This document shows positions 45,818 through 53,053 of a stretch of 56,072 bases of DNA, in pieces. Every line of letters starts with the position of its first letter. Position 1 is the first letter of the stretch. The notes under the pieces are model-generated. The model searched no databases. It was not told the origin of the DNA and saw only the letters and a list, made by a program, of their open reading frames with translations. The stretch lies in sequence record SRR20825019_2782, one strand, 5' to 3'. The translations under genes were made by a program, and so were the position numbers.

Positions 45818-46483
45818 ATGAAATATGCAGAATTCGAAGATATCTTTTCTTCTCCCCGAATTGGAAGATACGCCCTTGCCATGAACAATGACAAACATAA
45901 AACGATCATTTTATATCGTTATAACATCTATTTATCTCAAAAATTATTCGGAATTATTGGCATGTTCGAAGTTGCCCTTCGAAATAAAATTGATGCTCAT
46001 TATAAAAATTATTTTAATCAGGATGATTGGCTCTATCAACAATGTTCTCCTTCAGGTGCATTCCACGGATTAAGAACATCAACGACCGTTCGAGAATCAT
46101 ATTTAAAACTATGTAATAGAAATTCTTACACACACGACAGACTCATCTCCGAACTATCCTTTGGAGTTTGGACGAGTTTTTTTGACCGGCCACTTTTTAG
46201 AGCAGGAGGTCAAAATATTCATCTAATTTTCACTGAAAGGCCAATAGGTACAACACAGCGTCAGATAAACCATCAACTAGATAAAATAGGACAAATAAGA
46301 AACCGAATTGCTCACCACCAACCATTATGTTTCGATAGAGCTAATTGTAAGAATATCGATTATGTTCAGCACCACTACGATACCATAATAGAATGTACTA
46401 ACTGGATGGGGTTTGAGAACACAACATTTTATCATGGTATTGACCATGTTCAACAAATTATCCATAAAACAAATTTAATATGA
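45818..46483 (+). CDS. Abi_2 (AbiD/AbiF-like) HEPN-domain protein
   Basis: S-x-x-R-x-x-x-Y N-terminus, FEVALRN, ELSFGVW, HEPN R-x4-H motif RNRIAHH. Confidence 0.88.
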   Translation: MKYAEFEDIFSSPRIGRYALAMNNDKHKTIILYRYNIYLSQKLFGIIGMFEVALRNKIDAHYKNYFNQDDWLYQQCSPSGAFHGLRTSTTVRESYLKLCNRNSYTHDRLISELSFGVWTSFFDRPLFRAGGQNIHLIFTERPIGTTQRQINHQLDKIGQIRNRIAHHQPLCFDRANCKNIDYVQHHYDTIIECTNWMGFENTTFYHGIDHVQQIIHKTNLI

Positions 46484-46553
46484 TGCTTTGGAATTATTTG
46501 GGACTTCGTGAGCTTTAGTCCCTTTAATTAGTTTCAAAAATGGTCGTGAATCG

Positions 46554-46643
46554 TCACGGATTGCAAATCCGCGCCGACTTTTCTTTAGCAATCAGTTTTA
46601 GTGTAAAAAACACATATTGTTTTCGCGAATTTGCAATCCGTGA
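46554..46643. repeat. Inverted pair of 20-bp palindromic REP-like units
   Basis: TCACGGATTGCAAATCCGCG (46554-46573) and the reverse complement of 46624-46643 match 19/20; internal hairpin CGGATT-GCA-AATCCG. Confidence 0.8.
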
Positions 46644-46698
46644 AAACACTCGAGGCTATTATTAAATCGTAACAGAAGAAAGAGTTGACCGTAAAAAC

Positions 46699-47910
46699 TC
46701 ACTCTCTACTCTCCAACCACTTCAGCTCCTCAATCTTTTCGTAAATCGTTTGTCCAAACAGCGCGTATCCTTTTTCATTAAAATGAGTGTCGAGCGGCCA
46801 AAAGTAGTTCGAAACTTCACTTCCCTTTCTCTCAAATACTGGTGACGCGTCCACAAAATTAATCCCGTTTGATTTCAAGTATTTTTTGAGTTCTTCTTGT
46901 CCGAAAAAAGGAATATACGTTCCTCCATCAAAACTTCTTATTGAGGGCTGAAAAACAATTAGCAATTTCGCTTTTCGCTGATTAGTCAGTTCTTTCAGTT
47001 GATAAAATACATCTTTTAATACTTCTACAGCCTGTTTCTTATTCTCCTCGGCGTGGCTATCTTTTGATAAATCATGACCATATCCTAAAGCACCGTTCAT
47101 GAACATTCGTACCATGTGATTTGAAGCATATATCCATTCCCAAGATGGCGGCTCATTTCCCGCTGTTCCATCTGCCTTGAAGCGCTCAAAACCACCACGG
47201 GAAGAAATGTCGGTAATATCTGTCGAGTTGATTGTTAAAACTACAATGTCAGATTGAGTATTCGCTAGTTTATCACGGTAAAGCGCAAATTCATACACAG
47301 GATCACTCCCGCCAATTCCAGCATTGATCGCTTCCACATTCTTGTCTTTCCAACGGGTTTCCATCTGCTTTACCCACGTTTTTTCGTAGTCTAAACCGAC
47401 TCCTTCCGTAAAAGAATCTCCAAGTGCCAAAATTCGAATGCTCGAATCATTTTTGTTAGAGATCTCTTTCTCTGAGAGTCCCAAAGAATTAGTTGTACGG
47501 TAAAAAATAAACTCTTTTTTTACATTGTCAATTGTATCATTTGGTGGATGAACCCAATACCAACTATCTAACTTCTCTGCGCGAGCACCTGAAAAATAAC
47601 GCCCATCTGTGCGCTCGGGATAGGTTTGAATAATGCCCGAAAATCGTATGACAATCTCTGCAATGAAAACAAATACAATGCCCAGTCGAATGGAAATCAA
47701 TATATTTCTTCGCCTTTCTCTCAAATTGCGGAACATCCAGAAAATCAATTCAGAAAATGCTTCAATGAACAGTAAAACCCCGAGTGTTAAAAAAAAATTT
47801 GCGGTAAATAGGTAGTAGAACTGACTATGTTCAGCAACAAAATACGCCAAGCACACAAGTGCAATTGATACAATTATCTTCTTCAGGAAAGAGCTTATAA
47901 ATGAACTCAT
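46699..47910 (-). CDS. Membrane-anchored SGNH/GDSL hydrolase or acyltransferase
   Basis: Three N-terminal TMs; LGDSFTEG, NAGIGG, DTHFN. Confidence 0.85.
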   Translation of the reverse strand: MSSFISSFLKKIIVSIALVCLAYFVAEHSQFYYLFTANFFLTLGVLLFIEAFSELIFWMFRNLRERRRNILISIRLGIVFVFIAEIVIRFSGIIQTYPERTDGRYFSGARAEKLDSWYWVHPPNDTIDNVKKEFIFYRTTNSLGLSEKEISNKNDSSIRILALGDSFTEGVGLDYEKTWVKQMETRWKDKNVEAINAGIGGSDPVYEFALYRDKLANTQSDIVVLTINSTDITDISSRGGFERFKADGTAGNEPPSWEWIYASNHMVRMFMNGALGYGHDLSKDSHAEENKKQAVEVLKDVFYQLKELTNQRKAKLLIVFQPSIRSFDGGTYIPFFGQEELKKYLKSNGINFVDASPVFERKGSEVSNYFWPLDTHFNEKGYALFGQTIYEKIEELKWLESRE

Positions 47911-47965
47911 ACATTGGTTTTCGGATCAAAATACGCAAAAATTAAGCGGAATTCAGGCAATGTAA

Positions 47966-48655
47966 TCAACACATACATTTCGCTTTTTTACATGAGCTAC
48001 AGATCACAAAGATGTTTTCTGTGAGCTGAGGAGAAACGACAGCCGTTTTAGCGTCAAACTCAATCGTCATCAATTGATCAAACGGTTCTAGGTGAGTAAT
48101 CATCACTTCATCTCCCATTTTCAAACCAATCCGATCGACGTACCGTAAGAAGTCAGAACTATTGTCCTTTACAGCAATCACCTTAAAAGACTTTTGAAGT
48201 TCACATTCAGCCAATGTTCTCCTGAACGGAATGATAATCTCCCCTTCCCGATTCGGAATCGCATCTCCGTGAGGATCAAAATCTGGAAATCCTAAAAACT
48301 CTTCTAGGCGATTAATTAGCTTATTCGAGTGAATGTGCTCCAAATCTTCTGCCAACTCATGCACTTCATCCCACGAAAAATCTAGTTTGCTATGCAAAAA
48401 AGTCTCCCAAAGACGATGCCTTCGAATCACCATCATCCCAGCAAATTTCCCTTCAGGTGTGAGTGAGACTTTTCCATACTTTTCATAGTGAACAAAAGAT
48501 TTCTCCTTGAGCTTTCGAACCATGTCAGTTACCGTGGCCGGTTTAACATTCAAATTACTCGCTAATCGATTTACTCCAACCTCGGATTTGTTCTCACTAA
48601 ACGTTGTAAGTTGAACTAAAGCTTTTAAATAATTTTCTTCTGTGTATGAAAGCAT
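47966..48655 (-). CDS. mntR: DtxR/MntR-family metal-dependent repressor with FeoA domain
   Basis: TEENYLK, RRHRLWETFL, LEH, DPHGDAIP; C-terminal SH3/FeoA domain. Confidence 0.9.
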   Translation of the reverse strand: MLSYTEENYLKALVQLTTFSENKSEVGVNRLASNLNVKPATVTDMVRKLKEKSFVHYEKYGKVSLTPEGKFAGMMVIRRHRLWETFLHSKLDFSWDEVHELAEDLEHIHSNKLINRLEEFLGFPDFDPHGDAIPNREGEIIIPFRRTLAECELQKSFKVIAVKDNSSDFLRYVDRIGLKMGDEVMITHLEPFDQLMTIEFDAKTAVVSPQLTENIFVICSSCKKAKCMC

Positions 48656-48687
48656 CAATCAAAGCTAAAAAAAAAAAATCATTTTAA

Positions 48688-48719
48688 TTTGTTAGGTTAA
48701 TCTAACTTTTATAGTTTTG
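48688..48719 (+). promoter_or_regulatory. TonB-dependent receptor promoter with overlapping DtxR/MntR-type operator
   Basis: TTTG (48688-48691), 20-nt spacer, TAGTTTTG (48712-48719). The palindrome GTTAGGTTAATCTAAC (48691-48706) lies in the spacer. Confidence 0.8.
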
Positions 48720-48738
48720 CGGTATAAATAATAATTCA

Positions 48739-51024
48739 ATGAGGCTTCTCACTCTTTTTTTCCTTTTAGGATCATTTACACTAATTGCCCAACAAGAACT
48801 TGAAGGAAAGTTAGTATGTAATGCTGTCCCTATTCCTTTCGCAAAAATTGGAATTAGGAGTTTATCAATCTCCACAGAGTCTAATGTTGATGGAAGTTTC
48901 AAACTTTCAAACATTCCATCCGGCAGTTATGAACTTGAAATTAGAGCGCAAGGTTACAAGGCGCATACTCAACTCATTTCAATACCTACAAAATTTCTCG
49001 AGATTGAACTTACCTCTTCTTTTCAGGAATTCGACGAGGTTGTCGTTACTGGAACCATGAAAGAAATTTCCAAAAAAGAGAGCACCGTGAATGTTGAGGT
49101 TTACTCGCCTGCATTTTTCAAGAAAAACCCGTCTCCATCGGTCTATGACGCGCTTCAAAATATAAACGGAGTACGTCCACAGCTTAATTGCAACATTTGT
49201 AATACGGGCGACATCCATATTAACGGATTAGAAGGGCCATATACGATGATCTTAATCGATGGAATGCCAATTGTGAGCAGTTTAGCCACTGTTTATGGAC
49301 TTTCGGGAATTCCGAATTCTTTAGTAGAGCGAATTGAAATTGTAAAGGGGCCGTCTTCCACACTTTATGGTAGCGAGGCCATTGGAGGAATTATTAATGT
49401 AATCACAAAAAATCCGACAGGAGCTCCAGTTGTTGCCGCGGATGTATTCACTACGAGTTGGTTGGAAACTAATGCAGATCTTGCTTTTAAATTGAGTGGA
49501 GGAAAAACGAAAGATCAACGTGATAAATTGACTGTTCTCACAGGAATTAATTACTTCAATTATCAACTTCCGATAGACAATAATGGCGACAATTTCACTG
49601 ATGTGACTCTGCAAAATAGAATTTCTGTGTTTCAAAAATGGAACATTCGTAGAGCACAAAATCGCGTTTTTAGTCTCGCGGGGCGCTACTACTATGAAGA
49701 TCGTTGGGGCGGTGACATGAGATGGAATCCTTCTTTTCGTGGCGGCGATAGTTTGTATGCTGAAAGTATTTATACTTCGCGCTGGGAACTCATGGGAACG
49801 TATCAGCTTCCAACAAAAGAACGATTTTTCGTTTCTGGATCGGTAAATCGTCATGTGCAAAACAGCTTTTATGGAACCACGGCATTTATGGCTGAGCAAA
49901 ACATCGCGTTTGGTCAACTTTATTGGGATAAAAAATGGAAAAAGCACGATATTCTAGCTGGAACATCCTTACGATACACAGAATACGATGATAATACGAC
50001 AGCTACAGCGCTCATTAAGGATTCGAATCTTTTCAATAACCCATCCAAAACTGTGCTGCCAGGAATCTTCATTCAGGATGAATTTAAAGTCACCGACCGC
50101 CAAAAATTGCTCGTTGGAATACGTTACGATTACAATTCTCAGCATGGAAATATTTGGACTCCGCGCATTGGATACAAGCTTACCACTTCAAAAGAACACG
50201 TGTTTAGAATGAATTTAGGAACAGGTTACCGTGTCGTGAATATTTTCACCGAAGATCATGCTGCTCTCACTGGAGCCAGAAATGTCGTTCTTGCAGATGA
50301 TATCGATCCCGAGCAATCATACAATGCGAATTTGAACTATTCGAAATCGTGGATTACACCAAAAAATCGTTATTTCTCGCTTGATGCCACTGCTTTTTAC
50401 ACTTATTTCACCAATCGGATTATCGCGGATTACACGACCGATCCAAATGTGATTTACTATGCCAATCTTAACGCTCACGCCATAAGTCAGGGAGTGAGTA
50501 TGAATTTCACCACTAAAATTGACCATTTTACAGGAAACTTAGGTGTTACTTTAATGGACATTGGAATTTATGAAAATGGCGAAAAAAATCAGCAAATTCT
50601 TACTGAAAAAGTGACTGGAACATGGTCGCTGTCGTATGAGTTTCCGAAACTTCATCTTTCAATCGACTACACAGGAAACGTATATGGACCAATGCAACTT
50701 CCGTTACTTGGAGAGTTGGATCCACGTCCTGAATATTCTCCTTGGTGGAGCATTCAGAATGTTCAACTTACATTCGACAAGTGGAAGAAATGGGAAATTT
50801 ATGGTGGTGTAAAAAACATTCTCAACTGGACTCCAAACAAGCACGCTGATTTTATTATTGCTCGAAGTCACGACCCCTTCGATAAACTTGTTCAGTTTGA
50901 TGCCCAAGGAAATGCGGTTGCCACAGCGGAAAATCCAAATGCTTTGACGTTTGATCCATCGTACGTTTTTGCTCCCAATCAAGGAATTCGTGCATTCTTC
51001 GGTGTTCGGTATACAATTCGTTAA
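48739..51024 (+). CDS. TonB-dependent receptor, probably for metal uptake
   Basis: Carboxypeptidase-like N-domain; EVVVTGT TonB-box region; plug motif IEIVKGPSSTLYGSEAIGGIINVIT; C-terminal FGVRY strand; divergent from mntR. Confidence 0.92.
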   Translation: MRLLTLFFLLGSFTLIAQQELEGKLVCNAVPIPFAKIGIRSLSISTESNVDGSFKLSNIPSGSYELEIRAQGYKAHTQLISIPTKFLEIELTSSFQEFDEVVVTGTMKEISKKESTVNVEVYSPAFFKKNPSPSVYDALQNINGVRPQLNCNICNTGDIHINGLEGPYTMILIDGMPIVSSLATVYGLSGIPNSLVERIEIVKGPSSTLYGSEAIGGIINVITKNPTGAPVVAADVFTTSWLETNADLAFKLSGGKTKDQRDKLTVLTGINYFNYQLPIDNNGDNFTDVTLQNRISVFQKWNIRRAQNRVFSLAGRYYYEDRWGGDMRWNPSFRGGDSLYAESIYTSRWELMGTYQLPTKERFFVSGSVNRHVQNSFYGTTAFMAEQNIAFGQLYWDKKWKKHDILAGTSLRYTEYDDNTTATALIKDSNLFNNPSKTVLPGIFIQDEFKVTDRQKLLVGIRYDYNSQHGNIWTPRIGYKLTTSKEHVFRMNLGTGYRVVNIFTEDHAALTGARNVVLADDIDPEQSYNANLNYSKSWITPKNRYFSLDATAFYTYFTNRIIADYTTDPNVIYYANLNAHAISQGVSMNFTTKIDHFTGNLGVTLMDIGIYENGEKNQQILTEKVTGTWSLSYEFPKLHLSIDYTGNVYGPMQLPLLGELDPRPEYSPWWSIQNVQLTFDKWKKWEIYGGVKNILNWTPNKHADFIIARSHDPFDKLVQFDAQGNAVATAENPNALTFDPSYVFAPNQGIRAFFGVRYTIR

Positions 51025-51046
51025 GGACTATTTTCTATTTTCGAGG

Positions 51047-51562
51047 ATGAATTATCCAGAAATCATCACTGATCGACTTATTCTTCGTACAACTACCGAA
51101 GATGATGCATCATTTATTAATGCCTTAATGAACTCTCCGCTTTGGATTAAAAACATAGGTGATCGAATGATTCGTTCCGATGAAGATGCCGCGAATTATA
51201 TTCGAACAAAAATGTTAACACAATTCGATGAACTCGGTTTTTCCACGAACACAATTATTCGAAAAGAAGACGGAATAGCGATTGGCACTTGCGGTTTACA
51301 TCTAAAAGACGGGATTGAGGGTTATCATATTGGTTTTGCTTTCTTACCCGAATTTCAAGGTAAAGGATATGGATTTGAAGCCGCCACTGCAATCGTAACT
51401 TTCACCAGAGAAACATTAAAGCAACCAAAGCTGAGTGCTATTGTATTGGAAGAAAATGTGCATTCGAGAGCATTACTTGAAAAAATCGGCTTGCGTTATT
51501 CTCGACAAATTACGTTTGAAGACGATCCTGAGGATTTGATGTTGTATGAGGTTTGGTTTTGA
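51047..51562 (+). CDS. RimJ/RimL-type GNAT N-acetyltransferase
   Basis: TDRLILR, IGTCG, FQGKGYGFE, N-x-x-S-x-x-LLEKIG. Start reassigned to ATG 51047. Confidence 0.88.
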   Translation: MNYPEIITDRLILRTTTEDDASFINALMNSPLWIKNIGDRMIRSDEDAANYIRTKMLTQFDELGFSTNTIIRKEDGIAIGTCGLHLKDGIEGYHIGFAFLPEFQGKGYGFEAATAIVTFTRETLKQPKLSAIVLEENVHSRALLEKIGLRYSRQITFEDDPEDLMLYEVWF

Positions 51563-51588
51563 GTTCGCTGTTAGTAAAAATTGAGAAA

Positions 51589-51879
51589 ATGAAACTTCTG
51601 ATTAAACTGATATTGAAATTAATGCTCGCCTTTGTAATTGTTCTTGCCATTGGTCAGTTCCAAATAATGTATCAAATTAGGTTTTCCAAAGAAATCGATA
51701 TTGTATCAGGAATTCCTTTTAACTATTACTTTTTTTCAAAGAACTGCCAATTTGACCTTTACGGATTCAACATCTATCATTTTTTCTATGATTGTATAAT
51801 TACGCTCATACTGATCCTCTTGTCCTTCTGGTTAGGCAAACGGATAATGAAAACCGAACAAGAAAACATGTACAAATAG
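51589..51879 (+). CDS. Small membrane protein
   Basis: Two TMs flanking a GIPFNYY loop. Confidence 0.55.
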   Translation: MKLLIKLILKLMLAFVIVLAIGQFQIMYQIRFSKEIDIVSGIPFNYYFFSKNCQFDLYGFNIYHFFYDCIITLILILLSFWLGKRIMKTEQENMYK

Positions 51880-51886
51880 TTGTACA
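51869..51886. promoter_or_regulatory. YefM-YoeB operator
   Basis: Two TGTACA palindromes at 51869-51874 and 51881-51886, 12 bp centre to centre, upstream of yefM. Confidence 0.8.
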
Positions 51887-51933
51887 ACTTAACCATTCTT
51901 CTTAACTTTAATTTCAGGTTTAAAACGAAGAAA

Positions 51934-52185
51934 ATGGAAATCACGACATACAGTAACTTTCGACAGAACTTAAAGTCTTTTCTTGATAGGGTTTTTGTCG
52001 ATCACACACCTTTGTTTGTTACTCGTGCAAATGGTGAAGATGTGGTAGTTCTATCTAAAACAGATTATGAATCACTCACCGAAACATTGCATTTATTGAG
52101 CAGCCCTAAAAACGCCGAGCGATTAATGAAAGGTATTGAGGAGTACAAAGAAAATGGTGGTAAAGAAAGAGAATTGCTCAAATGA
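51934..52185 (+). CDS. yefM: Phd/YefM antitoxin
   Basis: MEITTYSNFRQNLKS...VTR...ETLHLLSSPKNAERL. Start at ATG 51934. Confidence 0.93.
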   Translation: MEITTYSNFRQNLKSFLDRVFVDHTPLFVTRANGEDVVVLSKTDYESLTETLHLLSSPKNAERLMKGIEEYKENGGKERELLK

Positions 52186-52436
52186 AGTTAATTTGGCTAA
52201 CAGCTGCTTGGGAAGATTACTTATACTGGCAGCAAAATGATAAAAAGACCCTTCGAAAGATCAACAACTTAATTAAAGACATCCAACGAACGCCATTTAC
52301 AGGAATTGGAAACCCTGAACCTTTAAAGCACTTACTGTCTGGTTGGTGGTCACGAAGAATTAATTTGGAAGATCGATTAGTGTACAAAGTTGAAAAGGAC
52401 AGTATTGTATTACTCCAATGTAGAAAGCACTATTGA
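52182..52436 (+). CDS. yoeB: Txe/YoeB toxin
   Basis: AWEDYLYWQ, GIGNPEPLK, WSRRI, C-terminal HY; ATGA overlap with yefM. Confidence 0.95.
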   Translation: MKLIWLTAAWEDYLYWQQNDKKTLRKINNLIKDIQRTPFTGIGNPEPLKHLLSGWWSRRINLEDRLVYKVEKDSIVLLQCRKHY

Positions 52437-52555
52437 TTTTCTTTTGCTAGACGCAGCAGTACAATTGCAGTGAAACTCGAGAAAGTTTTCAATTGGAGTC
52501 AATTTGTTACTTTTCAGACGCAGCAGCACAGCTACTACGAAACAGAAATAGAAGA

Positions 52556-52993
52556 ATGATAATAATTTCAGTAAATAACCAAAAAATTGTAATTGCGAGA
52601 AAAACCAAATTGAACGTGGTAGGAGTGCTGGGTATTTCCACAGTAGCATTTTTTAGTTTGATTTTCAATGTATGGCTTACTGTCATTTTGGTTCCAGTTT
52701 GCTTTTTGCTCTTAACCCTAAGAAATTGCCTTCTCATCGACATTCAAGAGAAAAAAATTACGCGATGTATTTTCTTTTTTAAATTCTATTTTTCACTTAG
52801 GGAATGGAACTTCTATGGTTCCACATTATTTATAGACTCTTACAATTATGATGGAGTTAGAAGGTTCTACCTAGGAATGGATGATGATATCAAAAAAGAT
52901 CAACTTATATATTATCTAGATCATTATGAAGATGTTACTACATTCATTTCATTTTTATCAAAAAAAATTGAAGTTCTTAATCGCCTTTCCTAA
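52556..52993 (+). CDS. Hypothetical membrane protein
   Basis: Two TMs; very AT-rich; start uncertain. Confidence 0.5.
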   Translation: MIIISVNNQKIVIARKTKLNVVGVLGISTVAFFSLIFNVWLTVILVPVCFLLLTLRNCLLIDIQEKKITRCIFFFKFYFSLREWNFYGSTLFIDSYNYDGVRRFYLGMDDDIKKDQLIYYLDHYEDVTTFISFLSKKIEVLNRLS

Positions 52994-53053
52994 CTCATCT
53001 TCCTAACAATTCAACTGTGACCAAATTCAAAAAAACACGAAGTTTAAATCGGG

